The notes under the pieces were generated by a model that was given only the letters and a program-made list of their open reading frames with translations, did not search any database and was not told the DNA's origin. Position numbers and translations under genes: made by a program. Of a stretch of DNA of 64,000 nucleotides, positions 8,016 to 18,785 are shown piece after piece (the stretch's first letter is position 1; each line of letters starts with the position of its first letter). Source of the DNA: Planctomycetota bacterium (lineage in GTDB: Bacteria > Planctomycetota > UBA1135 > UBA2386); contig OZ245006.1 in the NCBI GenBank assembly GCA_965223545.1, positions 7,360,001 through 7,424,000 of the forward strand, given 5' to 3'.

Positions 8016-10576
8016 ATCCGAGTCGAAACTGGAGTGCGAGCAGCCTCGGCGGCCTCGCGGTTCTCTTGGTTCTCGTGCATGCCCGCGCGCAAGATCCGTT
8101 CGCGCAGCTCAGCACCCGGCCCTTGCCCTTTGGCCAGCCTGGCATCGGAGCGACGGGAGACATCGACGGCGACGGCGACCTCGATTTGCTCCTCCCTCTG
8201 CCGCGCGGTCAGGACCGGCTGTTGCTCAACGACGGCGACGGTGTCTTCACCGAAGTCACCGCCACGCACATGCCGCCCGACACGCGTGGGACGCGTTCGG
8301 CGACCTTCGTCGACGTCGATGGCGACGGCGACCTCGATCTGGCGCTGGCCGGCGATACCACGGGGTTGTTCGGCGAACAGAACCGGCTGCTGCTCAACGA
8401 CGGTGCGGGCAGCTTCACCGACGTCACCTCAGCCCAGCTGCCCGCCGACAGCGATGCGACGCCACAAATCGTCGCGTTCGACGTCGACGCCGACGGCGAC
8501 CCGGACTTGCTGTGCTGCAGCAGCGAGACCGGCATCAGTACCCCCGGCCAGAACCGGCTGTACCTCAACGACGGCGCCGGGTCGTTCACCGACGCGACCG
8601 CGACCCACTTACCCGCGGAGCCCAGCGACTGCCGTCACGCGAAGGTTGGCGACCTCGACGGTGACGGCGACCTCGATTTCGTCACCGCGACGGGGGAGTA
8701 CAACGAGCCCTTGCGCGTCCACATCAACGACGGCACGGGTCGATTCGTCGTATCTCGTGCGGGCGCACTGCCAGCGCTCACGTCTCTCGGTGCTCGCTCG
8801 TTGTTCCTGGCCGATATCGAGAGCGACGGTGACCTCGACATTCTGACGCGCGCGGGTCGGTTGACGGTGCTGGTCAATGACGGAACGGCGCGGTTTCGGG
8901 ACGAGACCGCGGCTCGGTTGCCCAGCGATGGGTCGCTCTACGTTCAGGGCGACTTCGACCGCGACGGGGACGTCGATTTCACCGCGTTCGCATACCCGTC
9001 GACCGGGGCTTTCTCGTTCCTCGAGAACGACGGTAACGGCTTCTTTCAGTTCACTGGCGCGCTTCCGACCGGCGGCGAAGTCGCGGCCGACTTCGATGGT
9101 GATGCCGATCTGGACCTACTCTGGGCGAGCTCCTTCGACATCCTCCTGAACGACGGGAGTGGCAGCTTCTTCGACCGCCGGCAGGCCGAGCGCCGGGGGC
9201 CGGATTTCGTCGGTTGGCCACGGCGGGCGGCCTTGGCGGACGTGGATGGCGATGGCGACCGTGATGCCTTCTTGACGAGTCAGACCCTCGACAGCGATCG
9301 GCTTCTGCTGAACGACGGCCGCGGCGTGTTCACCGACGCGCCGCAGCCCCTGCCGCAGAATGGTCGTTCGCACACTGTCGCGCTCGGTGATGTCGACGGG
9401 GATGGCGACGTCGATGCGGCGATTGCCGCCAATGGCGTGACCCGGCTCCTGCTGGGCGATGGTGCGGGTGGGTTTACGGAAGTCACCGCCACGCACATGC
9501 CGCCGTTGTCGACGAACACCCAGGATCTGGAGCTGGCCGACTTCGATGGGGACGGTGACCTCGACTTGGTGGAGGCCAACTGGTTCTCCTCCAGCGCGCT
9601 TCTGCTGAACGACGGCAGTGGTCGGTTCAGCCTGGGGGCCAACCTGTCGAGCACCTCCCGCCGCACACGAGCTGTGGCTTCGGTCGACATCGACGGAGAT
9701 GGCGACTTGGATTTGGTCTTCGGCAACGACTGGGATCCTGCGACCTTGTTTCGCAACGACGGTCCCGCGGGCTTCGTCGACGTAACCACAACCCAGCTCC
9801 CTGGGGCCGCGGCGAACGCGTTCGATCTCGTCGCCGCAGATGTGGATGGCGACGGTGATTCCGATCTCGTCTTCGTGGTGTTTGCCTACCAGGCGCAGAG
9901 CTCGACGCTGTTCGTCAACGACGGTGCCGGGACGTTTGTCGATGCTACGGCGGGGCGGTTGCCGGCGACGATGTCGGGTTGGCACGTGCACGCCCTGGAT
10001 TACGACGGCGACGGCGACCTCGACTTGGTGTCCGGCGGCTCCGATGGGCTGTCCGTACTCGAGAACGACGGCCAGGGCCGCTTCACAACAGCGCAGTCGC
10101 TGGCCGTGCTCACCTGGCAGAGTTTCGCGCCCGAGCTCCACCCGGTGGCCGCTGGCGACGTCGACGACGATGGCGATGCCGACCTGCTGCTCGCGATCAC
10201 GGACGGCCCCATCGACGTGGCGACCAACCTGCGCCGTCAGCTGCACTTCGCGCGGTTGGTTCGCCCGGGTCGCGTTGCCCAGCTCGACATCTACGCGGTT
10301 GGCCGGCCAGCGGTTTCGGCGATGGCGCTCCCGTTCCTGTCGGCCGGTGCCGGCCGACTGCCGCTCGCGGGCCTCGGCGTCCTCGGTCTCAACCCGATCC
10401 AGCTCTTGCCCCTGTCCGCGGCCCAGATTCCCGCGGCAAACCACGTGGGCTCGGCGGTGTTCGGTGTGCCAGCGACCTCGAGCTTGATCGGCGCGGAGGT
10501 GTTTGCCCAGGCCGTGCTGGTCGAGGGCAGTCGCATGTGGCTGACCAACACGCAAGGCCAGCGCGTGATCCAGTAG
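8012..10576 (+). CDS. Secreted FG-GAP/VCBS repeat protein
   Basis: Signal peptide (ARA-Q), many GDxDGDGDLD...LLLNDG repeats and the shared C-terminal domain. Confidence 0.9.
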   Translation: MNPSRNWSASSLGGLAVLLVLVHARAQDPFAQLSTRPLPFGQPGIGATGDIDGDGDLDLLLPLPRGQDRLLLNDGDGVFTEVTATHMPPDTRGTRSATFVDVDGDGDLDLALAGDTTGLFGEQNRLLLNDGAGSFTDVTSAQLPADSDATPQIVAFDVDADGDPDLLCCSSETGISTPGQNRLYLNDGAGSFTDATATHLPAEPSDCRHAKVGDLDGDGDLDFVTATGEYNEPLRVHINDGTGRFVVSRAGALPALTSLGARSLFLADIESDGDLDILTRAGRLTVLVNDGTARFRDETAARLPSDGSLYVQGDFDRDGDVDFTAFAYPSTGAFSFLENDGNGFFQFTGALPTGGEVAADFDGDADLDLLWASSFDILLNDGSGSFFDRRQAERRGPDFVGWPRRAALADVDGDGDRDAFLTSQTLDSDRLLLNDGRGVFTDAPQPLPQNGRSHTVALGDVDGDGDVDAAIAANGVTRLLLGDGAGGFTEVTATHMPPLSTNTQDLELADFDGDGDLDLVEANWFSSSALLLNDGSGRFSLGANLSSTSRRTRAVASVDIDGDGDLDLVFGNDWDPATLFRNDGPAGFVDVTTTQLPGAAANAFDLVAADVDGDGDSDLVFVVFAYQAQSSTLFVNDGAGTFVDATAGRLPATMSGWHVHALDYDGDGDLDLVSGGSDGLSVLENDGQGRFTTAQSLAVLTWQSFAPELHPVAAGDVDDDGDADLLLAITDGPIDVATNLRRQLHFARLVRPGRVAQLDIYAVGRPAVSAMALPFLSAGAGRLPLAGLGVLGLNPIQLLPLSAAQIPAANHVGSAVFGVPATSSLIGAEVFAQAVLVEGSRMWLTNTQGQRVIQ

Positions 10577-10647
10577 ACGCGCAGGTTGATCAAGCGAGCC
10601 GACCAGACCACAGCGCCGGCTGCGGGCTCACGGTGACGCCTGCTGGG

Positions 10648-11460
10648 TCACTTCCCGAATGCGTAGCACAGCTCGCGTCGAACTTCGCCGTCGTAGACCT
10701 CGGTGGAGATCGTCGTCGCCCTCAGGGACAGGCTGCGTTTGGAGTACGCTTCGCCGGCGCTCTCACTCAGCCCCGCGGCGAACGCGCGGAACGAGGTGCG
10801 CACGTCGGACCAATCCGTTGGAAAGGCAACCTGTAGGGCGGTGCCGGGCGCGCCCGCGAGAGTGACAAAGCCCTCGATCGGAAAGGGATACCCGTTCTCG
10901 CCCAGGAAGGCGGTACGTGCCGCGAGCGCTTGCTTGAAGGCTGCTTCCTCGCCGGGTCGAACGGTGTGTACCATCATGCCGGCCACTTTGAACTCGGCCG
11001 AGTTCATCGAGCTCACGGTGCTCCACGCGGTCTTTTGGCGATGGAGCGCGTGCCACTCGATGTGGTAGTCGAGAGTGGCCAACGCTTCAGGGACCTGAGA
11101 GCCGTCGTCATGGCGTGCGATCTCGTTGACGAATCCGACCAACGGGTCCGGAACTGCCGGGGCGGCGAAGCCACTCGGGGTCTCGCTGAACCACAGCAGC
11201 CAGTAGCGGGTCGGCGGCTCGAAATAGCACAGCCACTCGTGCTCCTCGGGGAGAGCGGCCGCGGTCGCGACCCGAACGCATTCGGCCATCATCGACTCGA
11301 ACGTCGTCGAGTGGGACGGCGCCACCTGGATACGGACGTGCCGCACGTGGACGCCCTCGGCGTCGTAAGCGTCGGATGCGGCGGGCGACAGAGCACACGC
11401 CGACGCGAACAACGCTCCAGTGAGAGAGGGGGCCGCCAGGCACGGGCGCGGAGCAGGCAT
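10648..11460 (-). CDS. Hypothetical putative lipoprotein
   Basis: From ATG 11460 (MPAPRP). Lipobox-like LFASAC, then two similar ferredoxin-like/NIPSNAP-like halves (VAPSHSTTFE; VRPGEEAAFK). Confidence 0.55.
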   Translation of the reverse strand: MPAPRPCLAAPSLTGALFASACALSPAASDAYDAEGVHVRHVRIQVAPSHSTTFESMMAECVRVATAAALPEEHEWLCYFEPPTRYWLLWFSETPSGFAAPAVPDPLVGFVNEIARHDDGSQVPEALATLDYHIEWHALHRQKTAWSTVSSMNSAEFKVAGMMVHTVRPGEEAAFKQALAARTAFLGENGYPFPIEGFVTLAGAPGTALQVAFPTDWSDVRTSFRAFAAGLSESAGEAYSKRSLSLRATTISTEVYDGEVRRELCYAFGK

Positions 11461-11576
11461 CGCGCCATCGTATGCACCTGCGAGCTGGTTGCGGACCCGA
11501 TCGCGGACATCTCCTTTTGGCTTCTCCGCCTGAGCCGTGCTTGCAAGGAGAGAGCGTGCAAGCGAGCCTGAAGGGC

Positions 11577-13130
11577 ATGACATCGCAACCTCCGGACTCG
11601 GCACAGATGGCGCCGAGCGGGATCGTCGGCAAGTTTCTCGATCTGGTCGAGCGGGTGGGCAACAAGTTGCCGGATCCGGCGATGCTGTTCTTCCTGGCGT
11701 TGGTGCTGACCTGGATCGCTTCGTGGATGTTTGCGGGCGCATCGTTCGATACCGCGCAGGGCCCCCGGGAGGTGACCGACCAGCTGACCGGGGTGGCGCT
11801 GGTCGCGTTCTTGACCGGCATGGTCCACACGTTTATGGACTTCCACCCGGTGGGGGTTGTCCTGGTGGCGATGCTCGGGTTCGGCGTCGCCGAGAGAACC
11901 GGGTTCATCAACGCGGGGTTGAAGCTTCTGTTGGCGATCACGCCGGTCAAGTTGCTCACCCCCGCGTTGGCGATGGTCGCGATCGTCAGCCACACCGCGG
12001 TCGACGCGGGCTACGTGCTGGTGATCCCGATCGGCGGAGTGCTGTTCTACGCCGCCGGCCGGCACCCGATCGCCGGCATCTGTGCGGCGTTCGCGGGGGT
12101 GTCGGGCGGCTTCTCCGCGAACTTCATCCCGTCGGCGATCGACGCGATCTTGCAGGGCTTGACGCAGTCCGCGGCGCAGGTGATCGACGCCGAGTATGAA
12201 GTCGCGGTCCTGTGCAATTGGTACTTCGCCGCAGCATCGTCGCTGGTCATCGTGGCGATCATCTGGTTCTTGACCGACAAGATCGTCGAGCCGCGCCTCA
12301 ACGCGCGCTGTGCGATCGATGCGGATGCCAAGGTCGAGCCGATGGAGGCGCTGACTCCGGCCGAACGCAGGGGCTTCATCGCCGGCACCGCGGCGACGGT
12401 CTTCATGTTGGGGTTGTTGCTGTGGCTGTGCCTACCGGAAGACTCGCTGCTGCGGTCGCCGGACGGTGAGCTGGGGTCTTTCCAGGCACCGCTCATGCAG
12501 ATGATCGTCCCGTTGATCTTCCTGCTCGCGCTCGTGCCGGGCCTGGTCCACGGACTCGTGGCCGGCACGGCCAAGTCGAGCGCCGACGTGGTCGGCGGGA
12601 TGGTCGACGCGATGAAGGGCATGGGGCACTACATGGTGATCATGTTCTTCGCCGCCCAGTTCGTGTACGTGTTCAACGCCTCGAACTTGGGCGCGTGGCT
12701 GGCGATCTCCGGAGCCGACACCCTGAAGGGCTTCGGTCTGCCGGCGCCGGTGACGATCGTCGGTGCCATCTTCTTGACGGCATCGGTCAATTTGCTGCTG
12801 GGTTCGGCCTCCGCGAAGTGGGGCATGCTGTCGGTGATCCTGGTGCCGCTGCTGATGCAGCTCGGCATCTCGCCGGCGCTGACGCAGGCCGCCTACCGGG
12901 TGGGGGACTCGACCACGAACATCATCACGCCGTTGATGCCGTACTTCCCGTTGGTCGTGGTGTACTGCCAGCGCTACGTGAAGAGCACGGGCCTGGGCAC
13001 GCTGCTGTCGCTGATGCTGCCGTTCTCGTTGACCTTGCTGATCGGCTGGACCCTGTTCTTGATCCTCTACTGGCAGCTCGGAATCCCGCTCGGCATCGAG
13101 GGCGGCTACGTCTACCCGCGCGCGGGTTGA
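11577..13130 (+). CDS. abgT: AbgT-family transporter
   Basis: Motifs ERVGNKLPDP, GVAERTG, FAGVSGGFSAN, SASAKW and YRVGDSTTNIITPLMPYF; many TM segments. Confidence 0.92.
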   Translation: MTSQPPDSAQMAPSGIVGKFLDLVERVGNKLPDPAMLFFLALVLTWIASWMFAGASFDTAQGPREVTDQLTGVALVAFLTGMVHTFMDFHPVGVVLVAMLGFGVAERTGFINAGLKLLLAITPVKLLTPALAMVAIVSHTAVDAGYVLVIPIGGVLFYAAGRHPIAGICAAFAGVSGGFSANFIPSAIDAILQGLTQSAAQVIDAEYEVAVLCNWYFAAASSLVIVAIIWFLTDKIVEPRLNARCAIDADAKVEPMEALTPAERRGFIAGTAATVFMLGLLLWLCLPEDSLLRSPDGELGSFQAPLMQMIVPLIFLLALVPGLVHGLVAGTAKSSADVVGGMVDAMKGMGHYMVIMFFAAQFVYVFNASNLGAWLAISGADTLKGFGLPAPVTIVGAIFLTASVNLLLGSASAKWGMLSVILVPLLMQLGISPALTQAAYRVGDSTTNIITPLMPYFPLVVVYCQRYVKSTGLGTLLSLMLPFSLTLLIGWTLFLILYWQLGIPLGIEGGYVYPRAG

Positions 13131-13164
13131 TGGCGTCACCGCGGTTTCGTGATGCACGCCGTGC

Positions 13165-15822
13165 TTACCGGATCGCGACGTCTACCGTGGTGTTGGTGAG
13201 TCGTGGCTGGTAGGGATACGGCAGGATGAGCGCCTGCGCGTGCCCCGACAGGCCTGCGAGGGCCGGCCCGCGGGGCACCTGGAGGTCCAGCCTCGCCACT
13301 CCCGCGGCTTTGGGAATCACGACGGGAGGCAGCTGCACCATCTGCGTGGGAGCGAGGCCGAACACACCGAACGGCGGCACCGAGAACGAGGCGGTGGCCG
13401 CGGCGAAGAAAGGGACGGCAGCGTCGATCAGGCTGGGTGCGCCCCTGCGGGCATAGATGTCGAGCTGAAACGCCTGGCCGGGGCGGAGCAGGTGGGGAGT
13501 GTCGATCTGGCGGAGCAGGTTTGTGTAGAGGCGGTTGGGCGCGTCGAGATTGCCGACCACGATGTCCACGTCGCCATCGCCGTCGAAGTCGCCGAGTGCG
13601 ACGGCGTTCGTGGCATCGCGGTCGTCCGGAATGAGGGCGCCGGTCGGGTCTCGGAAGGTGCCGGTCCCATCGTTCAGCGAGATGAAGGTCTGCGCCCAGG
13701 TCGCCCGGACCAGGTCGAAGTCGCCATCGCCGTCCACATCGCCGAGCGCCACGCTCGTCGTGGCGAAGTTGGTTTGTGGGAGTGCGGTGGGACTCGCCGC
13801 CGAAAACGTGCCCGCGCCGTCGTTGAGGTAGAGGTGATCGCTGGCTGCGGCGCCGAGCGCGATGTCGAGGTCGCCGTCACCGTCGACATCTCCGAGCGCG
13901 CCGGCGTGGGTGACGAAGGCGCTGGCTGGCATCTGGGCTGCAGTCGCATCCGAGAACGTACCAGCACCGTTGTTCAGGTAGAGCCGCACGGGGCCCGGGG
14001 CAACACCGTCGGAGCCCAGAATCATGTCGAGATCGCCGTCCCGGTCCACGTCTCCCAGCACGACGAACGAGGTCTCCTCCTGGTCGACCGGCATGCGCCC
14101 CACGCTCACGTCCGCGAAGAAACCGGTTCCGCTGTTGGCGAGGAGCTGGTCTTGCTGGAAAGAGTTGCCGACGACGAGGTCGAGGTCGCCGTCACGATCG
14201 ACGTCCCCGAGAGCGACGGATCGGGTGTTGCTGCAAGTGTTGGGGAGCGCTGCCCTCCCCGCGGCCGAGAAAGCGCCGGTGCCATCATTCAACAGCAAGC
14301 CGTTTTGGCCGGTTCCGAAGCCGTAGAGGCACGACACTGCGCTGTGCCCGATCACCAGGTCGAGGTCGCCGTCGCCGTCGATGTCTCCGAGGGTCAACGC
14401 GTGCGCGGTCACCGTCGACACCACACTGTCGGTGAACGTTCCGTTGCCGTCGTTGCGGCACAGCCGGTTGCCCGGCTGGCCCCCGGCCGAGTCGTTGCCA
14501 AACAGCAAATCCAGGTCTCCGTCGCCATCGACATCGCCGGCCGCCATCGACAACGTGACGTCGGACAGGCGCTCGATGCTGTGCGCGGTTGCATCGATGA
14601 GCCCGCCGGAGCCATCGTTGATGCACAGCTGGTTTGGCCCCGGGCCGTTGGCGGCGACGAGGTCGAGGTCTCCGTCGGCGTCGACGTCGGCGAAGACCGC
14701 TGCCCGCGAATGCGCGTCGTCGAACGGCAGACCGGCCGTGTCGGCGTAGTTCCCACTGCCGTCGTTGGCGAGCAGGCGGTTCTGGCCGCTGCCACCCCCC
14801 GTGGCCCTGCCGTTCGCCATGAACAAGTCGAGGTCGCGGTCGCCGTCGACGTCGGCGAGGACGACTGCGCCGGTGAACCCAGCGCGGCCGCGGGGCAGGC
14901 GCGCCGCGGTTGCATCGCTGAAAACGCCGAGCCCGGTGTTGAGCAGCAGCATGTTCTCGCCAAAGCTCCCGACGACGACGTCGAAGTCGCCGTCCTGGTC
15001 GGCGTCTCCGACCGTGATGGAGAAGACCCAAGGCCACCACTGCGTCAGGTCGGGCGCACGCCCAGCGGTGCCATCGACGAACGTGCGATTGCCGTTGTTG
15101 AAGTACAGCCGAATCGGTCGCATGCCTCCGCCGAGCACGAGGTCGAGGTCGCCGTCGGCGTCGATGTCGGCAGCCGCCAGCGCCGGCGTGTCGTCCGACT
15201 CCGTCGGCATCCAGGTTGCCGTCGCGTCCGAGAAGCGCCCGGTGCCGTCGTTGAGGTAGAGTCTGTCCTGCCCGCGGAAGTCGTTGCCCAGCGCGATGTC
15301 TAGGTCGCCGTCTGCGTCGAAGTCCGCAGCCGTGAGGGCACGCGTCGGGTCTCGATCTGGCGGAAACTGCAGTAGGGTGGCGTCGGCGAATGCACCCGTG
15401 CCGTCATTGAGGAGCAGTCGATTCTGGCCGAAGTTGGCGAGGACGAGATCCAGGTCACCATCGGCGTCGACGTCGCACAACGCCGCCGCCGTCGTGTCGT
15501 CCGGGTGGCTGGGCAATCGGCCAGCGCTCGCGTCGGAGAACACCCCTGCGCCGTCGTTGAGGTAGAGCCGATTGGGGCTACCGACGTTCGTGACCACCAG
15601 ATCGACGTCGCCGTCGCCATCGATGTCGCCCCGCGCGACGCCGCGCGAGTTGTCGTCGTCCCGCGGCAGTCCACGTCCGGCGAGCTCGGCGAACTGGTGC
15701 TGGGCGGCAGCAGTTGCGGTGACGACGAGGGCGATGGTTGCCGCCCGGACAGCACCCACACCGATCTCTGCGCGGCCGTGGCCGCAACCAGAGATCCCGA
15801 TTGGGTTGGTCGGCGTGATCAA
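13165..15822 (-). CDS. Secreted FG-GAP/VCBS repeat protein (tandem paralog B)
   Basis: GDVDGDGDLD repeats and an AAA-QHQF signal cleavage site. Start may be TTG 15822 or GTG 15759. Confidence 0.9.
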   Translation of the reverse strand: MITPTNPIGISGCGHGRAEIGVGAVRAATIALVVTATAAAQHQFAELAGRGLPRDDDNSRGVARGDIDGDGDVDLVVTNVGSPNRLYLNDGAGVFSDASAGRLPSHPDDTTAAALCDVDADGDLDLVLANFGQNRLLLNDGTGAFADATLLQFPPDRDPTRALTAADFDADGDLDIALGNDFRGQDRLYLNDGTGRFSDATATWMPTESDDTPALAAADIDADGDLDLVLGGGMRPIRLYFNNGNRTFVDGTAGRAPDLTQWWPWVFSITVGDADQDGDFDVVVGSFGENMLLLNTGLGVFSDATAARLPRGRAGFTGAVVLADVDGDRDLDLFMANGRATGGGSGQNRLLANDGSGNYADTAGLPFDDAHSRAAVFADVDADGDLDLVAANGPGPNQLCINDGSGGLIDATAHSIERLSDVTLSMAAGDVDGDGDLDLLFGNDSAGGQPGNRLCRNDGNGTFTDSVVSTVTAHALTLGDIDGDGDLDLVIGHSAVSCLYGFGTGQNGLLLNDGTGAFSAAGRAALPNTCSNTRSVALGDVDRDGDLDLVVGNSFQQDQLLANSGTGFFADVSVGRMPVDQEETSFVVLGDVDRDGDLDMILGSDGVAPGPVRLYLNNGAGTFSDATAAQMPASAFVTHAGALGDVDGDGDLDIALGAAASDHLYLNDGAGTFSAASPTALPQTNFATTSVALGDVDGDGDFDLVRATWAQTFISLNDGTGTFRDPTGALIPDDRDATNAVALGDFDGDGDVDIVVGNLDAPNRLYTNLLRQIDTPHLLRPGQAFQLDIYARRGAPSLIDAAVPFFAAATASFSVPPFGVFGLAPTQMVQLPPVVIPKAAGVARLDLQVPRGPALAGLSGHAQALILPYPYQPRLTNTTVDVAIR

Positions 15823-18446
15823 CGGATCAGGACGTCGGTGGTCGCGTGGGTGAGGCGCGCTGAGTAGGGATACGGAATGATCAGCGCCTGAGCGTGACCG
15901 GACAGGCCGGTGAGCACCGGGACGTTGGGCACGCGCAGCTGCAGTGACGTCAGCCCGGCGGGTTGGGGGATCACCACCGGGGGCAGTTGCACCATCTGCG
16001 TCGGAGCGAGACCGAGCACTCCGAATGGCGGTACGGGCAACGACGCCGGCGCCGTGGCGAAGAAGGGGGCGGCGACGTCGAGCAGGTTTGGCCGGCCCTG
16101 CCGGGCGTAGAGGTCGAGCTGGAACGCGTGGCCGGGGCGCAGGAGGTAGGGAGTGTCGATCTGTCGGAGCAGGTTCGAGTAGATGCGGTTGTGGGTATTG
16201 AAATTGCCTACCGTGATGTCGAGGTCGCCATCCCCATCGAAATCACCGAGCGCAACGCCGGTCGTGCCGTCGTTGTGGTCGCCGAGGAGCGTGTCGGTCG
16301 CGTCTTGATAGACGCCAGTGCCGTCGTTCAGGTAGATGTACGTCTTCGTCCAGGTTGCCCGCACGATGTCGAGATCGCCATCGTCGTCGAGGTCACCGAG
16401 CGCCATGCTCATGGGACTTCCGCGGGCTGGTGGAAGTGCAGCGGGACCCGCCACCGAGAAAGTGCCGGCGCCGTCGTTCAAGTAGATGCGATCGGTGCGT
16501 GCGTTGCAGAGGACGATGTCGAGGTCGCCGTCACTGTCGACGTCTCCGAGTTCGCCGTCGCAGGTGAGCGATGCGATCGCTGGCATCCGGGTTGCTGTTG
16601 CATCCGAGAAGACGCCGGTGCCGTCGTTCAAGTAGAGCCGAATCGCGCGAGCGACATACCCGTTGGCGCCGAGAACCAGGTCGAGGTCGCCGTCTCGGTC
16701 GACGTCGCCGAACGTTGCGAACGATGTCTCCTGGACGTCGACCGGCATGTGCGTCGTGGTGGCATCCGTGAACGTCCCGGTGCCGTCATTGCAGAGGAGT
16801 CGGTCTTGCTCGTAGTAGTTGCCGACTACCAGATCGAGATCCCCGTCACGATCGACGTCGCCGAAAGCAACCGATCTCGTGTTATCGCAGATCGCCGGCA
16901 ACTGCCCACTGCTGGCGGGAACGAACCCGCCGGTCCCGTCGTTGAGCATCAGGCTGTTCTGTCCGTAGCTTGGGCCATACACGCAGTACCAGCCATCCTG
17001 CCCGATCGCCAAGTCGAGATCGCCATCACCGTCGACGTCCCCTGCTGCAAGCGCATGTGCATCCCCGCCGATGGCCGTCCAGTTCGTGAACACGCCGCTG
17101 CCGTCGTTAATGCAGAGACGGGTCCGCGGTAGAAGGCCCTTGTACGTGTCGTTGCCGAAGACGATGTCGAGGTCTCCATCGCCATCCATGTCGGCCGTTG
17201 CCAGCGACAAGGTGGTGTCGAATAGCCGGTCGAGTCGCGGTGCCGTCGCGTCGAAGAACCGGCCGGTGCCGTCGTTGATGTTCAGCTGGTTCAGGCCGAT
17301 GCCGTTGGCGGCCGCGAGGTCGAGGTCGCCGTCGGCATCGACGTCGGCGAAGACGGCGCTTGCCGTAGCTGCATCGTCGAACGGGAGGAGGCTGGTGCCA
17401 TCGGTGTAGCCGCTGGGTCCCTGGTTGATCAAGAGCTGGTCTTGACCACGACCCGAACTCTCAGCCGTCGCGAGGAACAGATCGAGGTCGCGGTCTCCGT
17501 CGATGTCGCCGAGGAGGACCGCGCTGGTAAGCCAAGTTCTGCCTCCCGGCAGCAGCGTTGCGGTCGCGTCAGTGAAGGTGGCCGTGCCGTTGTTCAGCAA
17601 CAGCATCGTCTGGCAGAAGCTGCCGATCACGAGATCGAGATCGGCGTCCTGGTCGACATCGCCGATCGCGAAGGAGGAGACGTAGGGCCACCATTGGCTC
17701 AGGTTCGGCACGCGCCCCGACGTCGTGTCGACAAACGTGCGATTGCCGTTGTTGATGTACAGTCGAACCGGCCGCGTGGCGCCGCCGAGCACCAGGTCCA
17801 GGTCACCGTCCGCGTCGAGATCTGCGGCGGCCACCGCAGGCGTGTCGTCCGATTCGGTCGGCATCCAAGTGGTCGTTGCGTCCGAGTATCGACCGGTGCC
17901 GTCGTTGAGATAGAGCCGGTCCTGCCGGCCTGCGTCGTTGCCGAGGGCGAGATCGAGGTCGCCGTCGCCGTCGAAGTCCGCGAGCGCGATCGCCTTGGTC
18001 TTGTCTCGATCGCCTGGCAGCCGCGCCGCGGTGACGTCCGTGAACGTGCCCGAGCCGTCGTTCACGAGGAGGCGGTTCTGACCATCGCTGGCAAACACCA
18101 CGTCGAGGTCGCCATCGGAGTCGAGGTCGCCCAGTGCCACGGCCAGGGTGGAGTGCGCGGCGACTGGCATGCGGGTAGCAGTGCCATCGGAGAAGACCCC
18201 TGCACCGTCGTTGAGGTAGAGCCGATCTTGGCTGTTGCGGTTGGCGAGGATCAGGTCGACGTCACCGTCGCCGTCGACGTCGCCCTGCGCGATGGCGGTC
18301 GATGCGTCGTCGATCGTCGGCAGCCCCCGCTTGGCCAGCTCCACGAACTGGTGCTGCGCGGCGGCGGACACGGCGATCGAGACGAGGGCGAGCAGGGCGT
18401 GCACAGCGCCCGTGCAATGAATCTCGGGGCTGGTCGGTGATGCCAT
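15819..18446 (-). CDS. Secreted FG-GAP/VCBS repeat protein (tandem paralog A)
   Basis: From ATG 18446. AAA-QHQF cleavage site; colinear with the 13165..15822 paralog. Confidence 0.9.
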   Translation of the reverse strand: MASPTSPEIHCTGAVHALLALVSIAVSAAAQHQFVELAKRGLPTIDDASTAIAQGDVDGDGDVDLILANRNSQDRLYLNDGAGVFSDGTATRMPVAAHSTLAVALGDLDSDGDLDVVFASDGQNRLLVNDGSGTFTDVTAARLPGDRDKTKAIALADFDGDGDLDLALGNDAGRQDRLYLNDGTGRYSDATTTWMPTESDDTPAVAAADLDADGDLDLVLGGATRPVRLYINNGNRTFVDTTSGRVPNLSQWWPYVSSFAIGDVDQDADLDLVIGSFCQTMLLLNNGTATFTDATATLLPGGRTWLTSAVLLGDIDGDRDLDLFLATAESSGRGQDQLLINQGPSGYTDGTSLLPFDDAATASAVFADVDADGDLDLAAANGIGLNQLNINDGTGRFFDATAPRLDRLFDTTLSLATADMDGDGDLDIVFGNDTYKGLLPRTRLCINDGSGVFTNWTAIGGDAHALAAGDVDGDGDLDLAIGQDGWYCVYGPSYGQNSLMLNDGTGGFVPASSGQLPAICDNTRSVAFGDVDRDGDLDLVVGNYYEQDRLLCNDGTGTFTDATTTHMPVDVQETSFATFGDVDRDGDLDLVLGANGYVARAIRLYLNDGTGVFSDATATRMPAIASLTCDGELGDVDSDGDLDIVLCNARTDRIYLNDGAGTFSVAGPAALPPARGSPMSMALGDLDDDGDLDIVRATWTKTYIYLNDGTGVYQDATDTLLGDHNDGTTGVALGDFDGDGDLDITVGNFNTHNRIYSNLLRQIDTPYLLRPGHAFQLDLYARQGRPNLLDVAAPFFATAPASLPVPPFGVLGLAPTQMVQLPPVVIPQPAGLTSLQLRVPNVPVLTGLSGHAQALIIPYPYSARLTHATTDVLIR

Positions 18447-18785
18447 GCTTGGGGGCGGTTCCTGTACTCGATCATACGGGTTCTGGTTCCGCACTGCCCC
18501 TTGTGGCAAAGCAGCAGGCCGCCGGAAGCGCTCCAGACTCAACAGCTCTCGCGCTGCGATTGCTCGGTGACTGGCAAGGCGGAGCCATCGACGGACGTCA
18601 GCGGGTGGGACTAGGCCTTCAAACCGCTCCGGCAGAATCGGCATCTGAGTTTGGTTGCGGCCGTGGCCGCGCTGAGCGCTGTAAGTCCGAGATGCGGACG
18701 TCGAGATCGTAGTCCTCGCCGTCGGTTACGGGCACGGCGAGCGCATGACTAGCATCACCGCCTGATGGGCCGCTGGGCCCGGCGA

